The notes under the pieces were generated by a model. The model saw nothing but the letters and a program-made list of their open reading frames with translations. It had not been told where the DNA came from and did not search any database. From assembly GCF_000981445.1 (NCBI RefSeq), contig NW_012237237.1:1-64000 (forward strand): DNA of 64,000 nucleotides, written 5' to 3'. Made by a program: the position numbers and the translations under genes. Shown here in pieces: positions 55,001 through 64,000 of the stretch. Within the stretch, counting starts at the first letter, position 1. Each line of letters opens with the position of its first letter. This stretch comes from Babesia bigemina. Taxonomy: Eukaryota.

Positions 55001-57363
55001 ATAACGAGAAAACCAATCCCGAGCCCACCGACGTAGAAAAATTGTACACTTCCAAGATTGATTCCGTTACTAACGAACTAAACATTCTGCTAAACCATCT
55101 TCGTGAACATAATAGGTACGACAATAAGATGCCTGAGATGCTCGACATCCTCTCCACGGAGGTCGATGGTCTCCACCCTGAGTCATTTTCTGAGCCGAGC
55201 ACTCCGCTGCTTGACGGTATAAGTAAGGGGCTGGGTAAGTTTGCGGCTGAGCTTAGTAAGACATATTTAAACGCGTACGACGGAGCTTCGGATGGCATGG
55301 TATTGGTCGACGCAAGAAATGATAAAGTGACCGATGATGGCAACAAGTGCGCTAAAGTGTGCCTGTCGCTGCTCTCCATCCTGTATTCCGAGTTCAAGAC
55401 TTTACTGAAGTACTGCGTTGCAAGGTGTAAAAGCGATCAAATAAACATAAACACAGAGCTCGGAAAATATTTCGCCACTCAAGGCTACAAGGTTACCGAG
55501 GACGAGAAGAAGCACGGTGAGCTGCAGGACAGTAAAGGCATGACAGGATTATTCATCTGCAAACGTATGTTCGGGAAAGATGAACAACACGTTTACAATA
55601 TTGACAAATCTAAGCAGAACGCACTGGATAAGCTTCACGACTGCCTCCAAACATATTACCAAGTCAGCCACGTCGCCACCTTCTCTGCGAGGAAACGTCC
55701 ATGTAACATATTCGAGATGCTTTGCTGGGTGTCCGGGCTACCGTGCAATAACGTGTATGCTGACTTGTTAGACGTCGCTCTAAGTGACCTATTTGTGGAT
55801 CCAAAGAAGGAGACAACACTTGAAGACATCACCGTGTCGGATGTCACCTCCGAACCCCTCGCAGCGTACCCACTGTCGATCGCATATGACGACACACGCA
55901 GGGCGGTGAAACGCCTGTGTTCCAGATCCCACGATATTCTCACAACAATCGCTGGATCCGGGGACGCGCACTCCATGTACGCCGTCGACTACTCCACCAA
56001 TTCGCTGAACTTTCACTACCCATCCAAGGGCGAAGATTGCCTCCAGATGCTATTGGACATTCTTCGCAGACTACTACCCTCGCTTAAATTTTTGCATACT
56101 CAATGCGGCCTAAGCTCTGCATACCACGGCTGGTCCGGCTGTCAGTACGGCAGAGGAGTCAAACACTCCAATTGGCAATGCGGTGAACACCCCGCCAACG
56201 AGTCAACCGATTGCCTACCTAGATCACCGCTGATGTCGTATCTTCGCGACAGCCTACCCGGGTGCCTGCCTCACCAGTTGGTTTCAGCGGGGTGTAAGTC
56301 CGAGTGTAAAACGTGTCCCAAAAGCCTACCCGGTGCGCCATGTATAACACCACTTGGCTTTAGGGGTTTCTCGGGAAGCACGAAGACAGGTAAGGACATA
56401 TGTACCGTGCTGACCAAATTCTTCGACAATTCGAATATTAACGCGCTCTTCGGTCTGCTGCCCAAGCCGCCATCTACATTGCCCGAACACTTCCAATTTG
56501 CGTTGACGTTAAGTAGTATGTTAGATAATGCTAACGCCGCTAGTGATGTCAGCTTAGCTTTTGTAACGAAAACGAAAGCGCTGTCCATCGATCTATACAA
56601 AGAGACAAGCAAACTCACAGGTGCGCTGCAGAATGCATATCGCAACCAAGCAGGCCACACCAGCTCAGACCATTCCAAATCTACGGAGGCTGACTTGTCG
56701 AGCCTGTCGAAAGATTCGTGCAATCTACCTCATGAGAGGGATATTCACTGCGCTCCCTACCTCTGCTCCACATCTTCAGATGCGTACACGTACCTCGCCA
56801 AAAAGCACGCTGATCTTTACCTCTCATGGGCTGTATATCTACCGTGGACATTCTACAGTTACCTGAAATCATTGCTCGATGCGTTCCAGCAGATTGATTG
56901 TGGAGGCTCCGGTTGTACGAAATGTTCGTGCAAGCCGGGTAAGCATGGTGTCGAATACAGCTGCAAGTGCAAGGCACTGATAAGCTGTCGTGGAGTGATG
57001 ACTACGTTCTACCAGTACGGGTTCACTTTTGGCGACGCAAAAACGCTGTATGGAACTAACAGGAAATTCTGCCTTAGTTTCAGTACACAGCTGAGTAATC
57101 TGCTGAAATCGCAACACTTCACCAAATTATTTGAAGAATGTGACAACTTCATTTGGACAATCAGAGAACCGTTCACCTATCTAGTCCTCGCGCTCTGGTC
57201 ACTCTCCCTTTTCTACCTCGTTTGCGTAATGGTTGGCAGACTGGATGTGCTCCATATCAAATCGCACTTACGATCACCATCATCGCACAAGATTACTGCT
57301 CAATCATTGTTGGCGGCGGCGCAAGTCGGAAGGCTTGCCAAGATATCGTACCTGCAGCCGTGA
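52081..57363 (+). CDS. ves1: ves1-like copy 7 (chimera: body type A, class-2 tail); leader from ATG 51805 has TAA at 51928 and 51946
   Basis: 1760-codon ORF; TPLGFRGFSGSTKTG and WAVYLPWTF motifs with an AKISYLQP tail. Confidence 0.85.
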   Translation: MMGFLSGVLSNIQGHLGQHKNTLDSAIESLEQNKHGGKNGFNAAIGMVVEGVRGYNESVRKSILNVRKQIKNFERDINTLKIKMNDINENIDIRFHSEAEKAEKSVRNASSNCQQYAATFNETFNLKTKTEMKNYINDLNHPLSLKVIKAVGFVKDESERFKKLSDKESRDFDTMKSRIESVCTDHGKKVNAHICNEVTELVTKLRMLVRAILDELKKIEKSLFEYVQDLSKWIEQANTAVEAALKKVEKIIYEVDDKSVFNKVKPIKDAAQELYDRAFELFDAGNKANKAADEHVKAALGKVKEMDEALKGDLWKVKDAVDAAMKKFVTAYLKEVQLRVGVIKGHIGDKAKGKESGNKNSIDYNWDELKKQINKLVQSLTNKVASRKAGHLHDIEKKIKEYEEEFSGQVAFNNVIGRWVDKILEHNILVRECMEGYVFANNKSHLQHKYKQEANGIYRQLNEVIRDNIKKHLPIGLIEKAVTASVAASTSARRGTEIERSVEAVQRVCYKFAEGLEVQLSSEKIDELSSSMVDEIEKIVLNPGASSITAKSHLKFAVQITLHSLCITARQVCDNLYQFTVSLCNIGGNVQQAMNNAMSIGKQFADKDRESLSDEDAGPKITAALNKVKQDISGLESDLVEAVAPTGGEPFDPDSHSSGDILKTNVDATVAGILSKKIGNTQRQAGGENKVVVDKKIFHGYNIHVNQDAIDKVAAGQLTGTTDEGSLPQAIGAIKTEVEKALSSIGDINGKVQTQFNTLTSNFQNLCEAVMKAARDDKDNAKTNLEKLKNTYFKHYDSKKKDAEDSIKKIKYDLDTLLSGSVYRAVNLGDKFLKTEADKLRDETTEKLKQQIDDEVAKAKKELTTRARIDYVSTMKMLLLQYEDRVAKELTGIPQEISDDLITGFKGFMGTFAGENGRTVSDVNIEKLKSVATTMSSTKYDPKQFTDLAKQFQSFWHPLNTYLKKEIKRAHAANNEKTNPEPTDVEKLYTSKIDSVTNELNILLNHLREHNRYDNKMPEMLDILSTEVDGLHPESFSEPSTPLLDGISKGLGKFAAELSKTYLNAYDGASDGMVLVDARNDKVTDDGNKCAKVCLSLLSILYSEFKTLLKYCVARCKSDQININTELGKYFATQGYKVTEDEKKHGELQDSKGMTGLFICKRMFGKDEQHVYNIDKSKQNALDKLHDCLQTYYQVSHVATFSARKRPCNIFEMLCWVSGLPCNNVYADLLDVALSDLFVDPKKETTLEDITVSDVTSEPLAAYPLSIAYDDTRRAVKRLCSRSHDILTTIAGSGDAHSMYAVDYSTNSLNFHYPSKGEDCLQMLLDILRRLLPSLKFLHTQCGLSSAYHGWSGCQYGRGVKHSNWQCGEHPANESTDCLPRSPLMSYLRDSLPGCLPHQLVSAGCKSECKTCPKSLPGAPCITPLGFRGFSGSTKTGKDICTVLTKFFDNSNINALFGLLPKPPSTLPEHFQFALTLSSMLDNANAASDVSLAFVTKTKALSIDLYKETSKLTGALQNAYRNQAGHTSSDHSKSTEADLSSLSKDSCNLPHERDIHCAPYLCSTSSDAYTYLAKKHADLYLSWAVYLPWTFYSYLKSLLDAFQQIDCGGSGCTKCSCKPGKHGVEYSCKCKALISCRGVMTTFYQYGFTFGDAKTLYGTNRKFCLSFSTQLSNLLKSQHFTKLFEECDNFIWTIREPFTYLVLALWSLSLFYLVCVMVGRLDVLHIKSHLRSPSSHKITAQSLLAAAQVGRLAKISYLQP

Positions 57364-57521
57364 TCGTACTCACGTCTGTAATTCACATCAACTCACGTAA
57401 CTACTCACTTAGAGAATCACCTACTCACCTAAAAAACAAACGTAGTCTAATGTCTCGAATTACTCTAGCGGCAACCTGTGAACTAAATAGCACCTAATGA
57501 GGTGATGAGTGGACGACAGAG

Positions 57522-57872
57522 CAACGTGTCAACCTAGCACACAGGCAACGTGCTAAGCTGGCAACCAGGCAAAGTGGTAACCTAGCAACCAGGCAAAGTG
57601 CTAAGCTGGCACCCAGGCAAAGTGGTGACCTAGCAACCAGGCAAAGTGTTGACCTAGCACACAGGCAAAGTGCTAAGCTAGCACCCAGGCAAAGTGCTAA
57701 GCTTGCAACCAGGCAAAGTGCTAAGCTAGCAACCAGGCAAAGTGGTGAGCTAGCACCCAGGCAAAGTGCTAAGCTAGCACACAGGCTAAGTGCTAAGCTA
57801 GCACGCAGGCAACGTGCTAACTTAACAACCAGGCAAAGTGCTAAGGTAGCAACCAGGCAAAGTGCTAAGCTG
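57522..57872. repeat. 24-bp tandem repeat array
   Basis: About 14 units. Confidence 0.92.
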
Positions 57873-58810
57873 GCGGATGAAACGTAATTTGGTAGGTGTT
57901 GTAGCACGTTGATTGCCTGGTGCGTTGAGTTGTGCGTTGACTGTGAGAGGTGTCCGCGTTGCCCATTGAGTCAGTGTCACGTGAGGCTGGGTGATTGGTT
58001 GCTGACGTAGGCGGTCGTGAGGGCCGCGGCGGGTGGCCTAAGTCGTGTGTTGCGAGTCGCTGGCAGGGTGGCGTAATCTGCGTTGGTCTCGTTAAGCAGC
58101 ATTTATAGGCGTCAATGTAGCGATTGTTAATATCACATTTAGGCACGTAGCCGACACGCTCCGCCAGTATGGCGCCGATACCGCGGCTCGTAGCACGGTG
58201 CTGCTGCACTGTGGGAGTTGAGCGCACGGGTCGCTGCAATTTTAATGGCGGTGCGAATAATGAATAATTTATAGTGACAGTTGGTGCTAGTCACATGCGC
58301 CGCGTCAGGGCATCTGTGGTATCCCGGGCAGCTTGGGTGTCGGTGGCCTGGGCTGGTGGCATACAGGGGTGAGGGTTATGTAAGTCATGTCGCAGTTGGT
58401 GAGTGCTTGCGTAGGTGATTGATATGCTTGCAGCTTGAGGGGAGTGGGCGTGGCAGTGGTAGTGTTGCAGTTGGTGAGTGCGTTGCTAGGTGATTGACAT
58501 GTCTGCAGGTTGAGGGGACTGGGCGCGGCAGTGGTACGTGTTGCAGTTGGTGAGTGCGTTGCTTAGGTGATTGATATGTTCGCAGGTTGAGGGGAGTGGG
58601 AGCGGCAGTGGTAGTGTTGCAGTTGGTGAGTGCGTTGCTAGGTGATTGATATACTTGCAGGTTGAGGGGAGTGGGAGCGGCAGTGGTACGTGTTGCAGTT
58701 GGTGAGTGCGTTGCTAGGTGATTGACATGCTTGCAGGTTGAGGGGACTGGGAGCGGCAGTGGTAGTGTTGCAGTTGGTGAGTGCTGCTTAGGTGATTGAT
58801 ATGTTTGCAG
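57870..58810 (+). promoter_or_regulatory. Conserved block (~57870-58398) plus six-unit mini-intron array (58399-58810)
   Basis: Paralogous to 25984-26929. Confidence 0.55.
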
Positions 58811-58839
58811 GCTGAGGGGACTGGGAGGGAAGCGGGAAG

Positions 58840-59301
58840 ATGGGCTATACTCCATTGTGTAAGTGTACAAAACGATGTACAGAGCATGAGTGTCTTTGTT
58901 GTCATTTGTGTTGTGCAGGATGTAGGAGTCCAAGTTGTCTTCGATGTCTCAATCTGTCTACTCGGCTAAGGAGTGGATTCTGGGACTGCAAACCTCAGAG
59001 ATGTAATGAATGTGACACCAAATTGTGTCCATGTGACTGTTGTGAGAAAAAAAAATTGGAAGAACGTCGACAGCTTCGCTCTTCTTCCTCCCTCGCAGTC
59101 CAATCGCCTAGTGTCTCCTCTTCTACCACCGTACAGCGTTCCACCGGTGAACCCAGTGCTGTTCATACCACCGCTCCATCCAATTCCTCCCCCGTCCCTT
59201 ACATCATCGCCGCCGTCGCCCTCCTCATCGTCGTCGTCTGCGTCATGGTCTACTTCCGCATCCGGCCGTTCCACAGGGTGCGGTATCTACTGCGCAGCTG
59301 A
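58840..59301 (+). CDS. Small Cys-rich single-TM protein, copy d (153 aa, tail type B)
   Basis: CKCTKRCTEHECLCCHLCCAGC..., DCKP..C motif shared with copy a, S/T linker, TM, YFRIRPFHRVRYLLRS tail. Confidence 0.8.
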   Translation: MGYTPLCKCTKRCTEHECLCCHLCCAGCRSPSCLRCLNLSTRLRSGFWDCKPQRCNECDTKLCPCDCCEKKKLEERRQLRSSSSLAVQSPSVSSSTTVQRSTGEPSAVHTTAPSNSSPVPYIIAAVALLIVVVCVMVYFRIRPFHRVRYLLRS

Positions 59302-59404
59302 TCACAATAACCTAACTGGCAACTGACATCTAATGTGCTAGACAGAGTAATGGTTGTACTGATGCTAAATAAAATTAGCAGTGAGGTGACCACTCCCTCC
59401 CTAC

Positions 59405-59521
59405 TCCGTCATCGTCGCCATCATCCTGCTCGACCTGTGCATCTTCCGCTTCCCGGTGGGCCGCAACATCCGCGATTTCCTCGTACGCAAGATTCCCTTC
59501 TGCATCGCGTTCTACAGCTGA
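59405..59521 (+). pseudogene. Orphan partial TM + tail-A cassette, out of frame with its upstream ATG
   Basis: VIVAIILLDLCIFRFPVGRNIRDFLVRKIPFCIAFYS-TGA. Confidence 0.65.
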
Positions 59522-59664
59522 ACTATGCAATTTAGTAGCGCATAAATCGTTCGTCCATATTCCACTGCTCACCTAACTGGCAACTGACATCTAATGTTCT
59601 AGACAGTAATGATTGCGTTGATGGCCAATTACATGAGCAGTGAGGTGACTACTTCACTCTCCCT

Positions 59665-59807
59665 ACTCGGCCATCGCCGCCGTCATCGTTGGCATCATCG
59701 TCGCCATCATCCTGCTCGACCTGTGCATCTTCCGCTTTCCGGTGGGCCGCAACATCCGCGATTTCCTCGTACGCAAGATACCCTTCTGCATCGCGTTCTA
59801 CAGCTAA
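59665..59807 (+). pseudogene. Orphan TM + tail-A cassette, out of frame with its upstream ATG
   Basis: AIAAVIVGIIVAIILLDLCIFRFP...AFYS-TAA. Confidence 0.65.
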
Positions 59808-59908
59808 ACTCAGCAATATGTTGGCGCTAACATTCTTAATCGAAATCCCACAGATCACCTGACTGGCGACTGACATCTAATGTTCTAGACAGAGTAGCAA
59901 TTGCGTTG

Positions 59909-60061
59909 ATGATCAATGACATGAGCAGTGAGGTGACTACTCCCTCCTCCCCCGCCCCTTACATCATCGCTCCTATGCTCATCATCATCGTCGTCATCTG
60001 CGTCATGGTCTACTTCCGCATCCGGCCGTTACACAGGGTGCGGTATCTACTGCGCAGCTAA
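59909..60061 (+). pseudogene. Orphan TM + tail-B cassette (50-aa micro-ORF or fragment)
   Basis: Hand translation: MINDMSSEVTTPSSPAPYIIAPMLIIIVVICVMVYFRIRPLHRVRYLLRS*. Confidence 0.65.
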
Positions 60062-60171
60062 TCACGTTAACCTTATCGGCAACTGACATCTAATGTTGTA
60101 GACAGAGTAATGAATGCGTTGATGATAAATCGCCTGACCAAGTTAATGGTTACAGCAGCGATTATAACTTA

Positions 60172-60345
60172 GCCCTCTGGCTCCTCTCTCTCCTGTACCT
60201 CCTCCACATCATGGTCATCCGCCTAGACCTCCTCCACATCAAATCGCATTTAAATAGTCCATCGAGTCACAGGATAGCTGCTCAATCACTACTCGCTGCC
60301 GCACGTGTTAACAAGCTTAACAGGGTGTTTTATCTGCAACCATAA
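60172..60345 (+). pseudogene. Orphan ves class-1 3' end (partial TM + cytoplasmic tail) with its normal 3' flank
   Basis: ALWLLSLLYLLHIMVIRLDLLHIKSHLNSPSSHRIAAQSLLAAARVNKLNRVFYLQP*. Confidence 0.85.
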
Positions 60346-60469
60346 TCGTACTCACGTGTCTACTATCTACACTCACCTAGCATATCACCTACTCACCTAA
60401 CTTATGAATTGTGCTTTAATCTGTTGTATCACTCATTAATCGTTGTATGTGATTGTGTAGTAGTTAACT

Positions 60470-61423
60470 AAAGTGGTGACCAAAGTGATGACCAAAGTGA
60501 TGACCAATGCCATGACCAAAGTGATGACCAAAGTGCTGACCAACGTGGTGACCAATGTGCTGACCAAAGTGGTGACCAAGCAGCTGATAAAGTAATGGTC
60601 ACGGCAGCGATGACATGGTCACAACAGCGATGACATGGTTACGGCAGCGATGACATGGACACGGTAGCGATGACATGGTCACGGCAGCGATGACATAGAC
60701 ACGGCAGCGATGACATAGACACGGCAGCGATGACATGGTCACGGCAGCGATGACATGGACACAAGTGGTGATTATTATCCACTCTACATCGCTCCCTTAC
60801 CCACTCTACATCGCCCCTTTATCCACCTTACATCGCTCCCTTATCCACTCTACATCGCTCCCTAACCCACTCTACATCGCCCCTTTACCCACTTTTCATC
60901 GCTGCTTTGTCCACTCTACATCGCTCCTTCATCCACTCTACATCGCTCCCTAACCCACTCTACACCGCCCCTTAACCCACTCTACATCGCCCCTTTATCC
61001 ACTCTACATCGCTCCCTAACCCACTCTACATCGCCCCTTTACCCACTTTTCATCGCTGCTTTGTCCACTCTACATCGCTCCTTCATCCACTCTACATCGC
61101 TCCCTAACCCACTCTACACCGCCCCTTAACCCACTCTACATCGCCCCTTATCCACTCTACATCGCCCTTAATCCACTCTACATCGCCCCTTAACCCACTC
61201 TACATCGCTCCCTTACCCACTCTACATCGCTCCCTAATCCACTCCACATCGCCCCTTTGTCCACTCCACATCGCCCCTTTACCCACTCTACATCGCCCCT
61301 TATCCACTCTACATCGCTCCCTAACCCACCTTACATCGCCCCTTTATCCACTCTACATCGCTCCTTATCCACTCTACATCGCTCCTTCACCTCCTCTAAT
61401 CGCTCCCTTATCCACTCTACATC
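60470..61423. repeat. Composite spacer: 12-mer, 20-mer, 22-mer
   Basis: Tandem repeats. Confidence 0.95.
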
Positions 61424-61451
61424 CCTCGAATTACCTTGCCATAATACCGAT

Positions 61452-61835
61452 ATGACCTCTTTAGACCACAATAATAACTTGTCACTTGTCCCCCTTCACC
61501 TCCCTCCTTCCACCTCTTGCCACTGCCCTGACCATGTGCCGCCTAGTGAGCTTGACAAGAAATTTGACAAAATTTTGAACCTTAAAATTACCTCAAATAA
61601 CAACCCTACTAACATCCTTACTAACCTCTGTACTGGCCTCGAAACTTTCCTCGGCTTCAACTCTGACTCCAAAGGCTACGATGGCACTGGGATAGTGTAC
61701 TCTGACCTTGACAGGCTGTGTGACGGGGTGATGGGATTTTTGTATGGTGTGCTTGGTGCGGTGAAAGATGATGAAGCGGTTAAAACGTACTATAATACCG
61801 ATAAAATGATTACTGTACTTGATATAAAGTGCTAA
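61452..61835 (+). pseudogene. Truncated ves 5' fragment, duplicate of the start of copy 8
   Basis: Appears identical to 62800-63175, then runs into 24-mer repeats at 61827 and stops. Confidence 0.85.
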
Positions 61836-62771
61836 CCTAGCACCCAGGCAACGTGCTAACCTAGCACACAGGCAAAGTGCTAAGCTGGCACCTGACCAAG
61901 TTGATGGTCACGGCAGCGATGACATGGTCACGGCAGCGATGACATGGTCACGGCAGCGATGACATGGACTCAGCAGCGATGACATGGTTACGGCAGCGAT
62001 GACATGGTCACGGCAGCGATGACATGGTTACGGCAGCGATGACATGGTCACGGCAGCGATGTCATGGTCACGGCAGCGATGTCATGGTCACGGCAGCGGG
62101 ACATGGTCACGGCAGCGATGACATGGACACGGCAGCGATGACATGGACTCAGCAGCGATGACATGGACACGGCAGCGATGACATGGACTCAGCAGCGATG
62201 ACATGGTTACGGCAGCGATGACATGGTCACGGCAGCGATGACATGGTTACGGCAGCGATGACATGGTCACGGCAGCGATGACATGGTTAAGGCAGCGATG
62301 ATACGGTCACGGCAGCGGTGACATGGACACGGCAGCGATGACATGGACACGGCAGCGATGACAGTTGATGGTTACGGCAGCGATGACATGGTCACAGCAG
62401 CGATGACAGTTGATGGTTACGGCAGCGATGACATGGTCACGGCGGCGATGACATGGTCACGGCAGCGATGACATGGTGACCAAAGTGGTGATTATAACCC
62501 ACTCTACATCGCCCCTTAACCCACTCTACATCGCTCCCTAACCCACTCTACATCGCCCCTTTATCCACTCTACATCGCCCCTTTATCCACCCTTCATCGC
62601 CCCTTTGTCCACTCCACATCGCCCCTTTACCCACTCTACATCGCCCCTTATCCACTCTACATCGCTCCCTAACCCACCTTACATCGCCCCTTTATCCACT
62701 CTACATCGCTCCTTATCCACTCTACATCGCTCCTTCACCTCCTCTAATCGCTCCCTTATCCACTCTACATC
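61827..62771. repeat. Hybrid spacer: 24-mer (~61827-61890), long 20-mer array (~61905-62477), 22-mer (~62498-62771)
   Basis: Tandem repeats. Confidence 0.92.
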
Positions 62772-62799
62772 CCTCGAATTACCTTGCCATAATACCGAT

Positions 62800-64000
62800 A
62801 TGACCTCTTTAGACCACAATAATAACTTGTCACTTGTCCCCCTTCACCTCCCTCCTTCCACCTCTTGCCACTGCCCTGACCATGTGCCGCCTAGTGAGCT
62901 TGACAAGAAATTTGACAAAATTTTGAACCTTAAAATTACCTCAAATAACAACCCTACTAACATCCTTACTAACCTCTGTACTGGCCTCGAAACTTTCCTC
63001 GGCTTCAACTCTGACTCCAAAGGCTACGATGGCACTGGGATAGTGTACTCTGACCTTGACAGGCTGTGTGACGGGGTGATGGGATTTTTGTATGGTGTGC
63101 TTGGTGCGGTGAAAGATGATGAAGCGGTTAAAACGTACTATAATACCGATAAAATGATTACTGTACTTGATATAATTAAGAAAAAAATGCATAACGGTCC
63201 TAGCGAATTTGTTAACGCCGTAGATTACGTGCGTGGCGTGTTAAGTGATTATCACATTGAACTTAATGAAAGAACTAATAAAATTAATAATTCACTTAGC
63301 GAACTCACTAAAAAAATTGAAACAAATAAAAACACTGTAGACTCTAAGAAATCTAAGCCACTTGTCGACCAGTTGTCTAACTGGACTACGACAGTGGATG
63401 GTTTATCAATAGACATTAATAATATCATGACCCTAATTAACAACTTAGATCCTGATCTTAGCGATAAGCTGCGTAGTGAGATAAATCTTGTAGCAGGGGC
63501 AGTTACTACGATGGCGGAGTCGACTAAGGACGGGAGGTTTCAGACCCATATGGCGTATGTGGACAAGGCGATGGAGGAGGAAGAAAACCGTATGAGAGAG
63601 AAAGTAGAAGAGCAAAGTAAAAGAACACAAAAAACCTTAGGAGATCAGTTTACCAACGTTTTTAATGACGTTGGCACGTTGAGACAAAAAAAGAAAGAGC
63701 GCTTTGATATCATTAATGAGATGATTAAGAAGGCAAGAGAATTCATGGACAACTACGACAAAACTTACATGAATGTAATTGATGAAAAATTCAGGGCCAT
63801 AGAAGTGTCATTAAATGACGTTAATAAAAGCCATCAGGTTGGTGGCAGCAATTTAAGTTCCAGGCTAAAAAACGACGTTAATGCAATTAGGGGCGCTTTG
63901 TTACAAATTGGTGACGAGATGGAAAAGCAAGTTACGGGGCTGGAGAACTGGATTGGCAGCGTTACAAAGCTAATTGATCACGCAAAGAAGCATCAAATTG
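62800..64000 (+). CDS. ves1: ves1-like copy 8 (3'-partial, leader intact; absent from the ORF track because no stop is reached)
   Basis: Hand translation from ATG 62800: MTSLDHNNNLSLVPLHLPPSTSCHCPDHVPPSELDKKF...NLCTGLETFLGF...DLDRLCDGVMGFLYG..., open to the window end. Confidence 0.85.
   Translation, partial: MTSLDHNNNLSLVPLHLPPSTSCHCPDHVPPSELDKKFDKILNLKITSNNNPTNILTNLCTGLETFLGFNSDSKGYDGTGIVYSDLDRLCDGVMGFLYGVLGAVKDDEAVKTYYNTDKMITVLDIIKKKMHNGPSEFVNAVDYVRGVLSDYHIELNERTNKINNSLSELTKKIETNKNTVDSKKSKPLVDQLSNWTTTVDGLSIDINNIMTLINNLDPDLSDKLRSEINLVAGAVTTMAESTKDGRFQTHMAYVDKAMEEEENRMREKVEEQSKRTQKTLGDQFTNVFNDVGTLRQKKKERFDIINEMIKKAREFMDNYDKTYMNVIDEKFRAIEVSLNDVNKSHQVGGSNLSSRLKNDVNAIRGALLQIGDEMEKQVTGLENWIGSVTKLIDHAKKHQI

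Noticed and set aside
1..64000. Transposon, retroelement or recombinase driving the rearrangements
   Set aside because: No transposase, reverse transcriptase or integrase motifs seen in any ORF; no terminal repeats or target-site duplications recognised

Overview
Eukaryotic DNA, almost certainly a piroplasm (Babesia; inferred to be B. ovata/B. bigemina-like). The window is a head-to-tail, all plus-strand array of eight large ves1/VESA1-like variant surface antigen ORFs, two cut by the window edges, with no introns apparent inside the long frames. There is also an orphan ves 3' end and a truncated ves 5' end. Each ves copy whose 5' end is visible is preceded by a fixed-order minisatellite spacer (12-mer, 20-mer, then long C-rich 22-mer) and a stereotyped ~45-codon leader. 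The leader carries in-frame TAA stops in four copies and is out of frame in a fifth, which suggests an archive of silent donor cassettes. The ves genes fall into two C-terminal classes and are visibly mosaic. Three class-2 genes are followed by a second module: 24-mer repeats, a conserved ~500 bp non-coding block, a tandem array of 4-6 GT-AG mini-intron/mini-exon units, and a small Cys-rich single-TM gene. In two cases this is followed by a string of spare TM+tail cassettes. Recent tandem duplications and deletions break at these repeats. No RNA genes, CRISPR arrays or transposons were seen.
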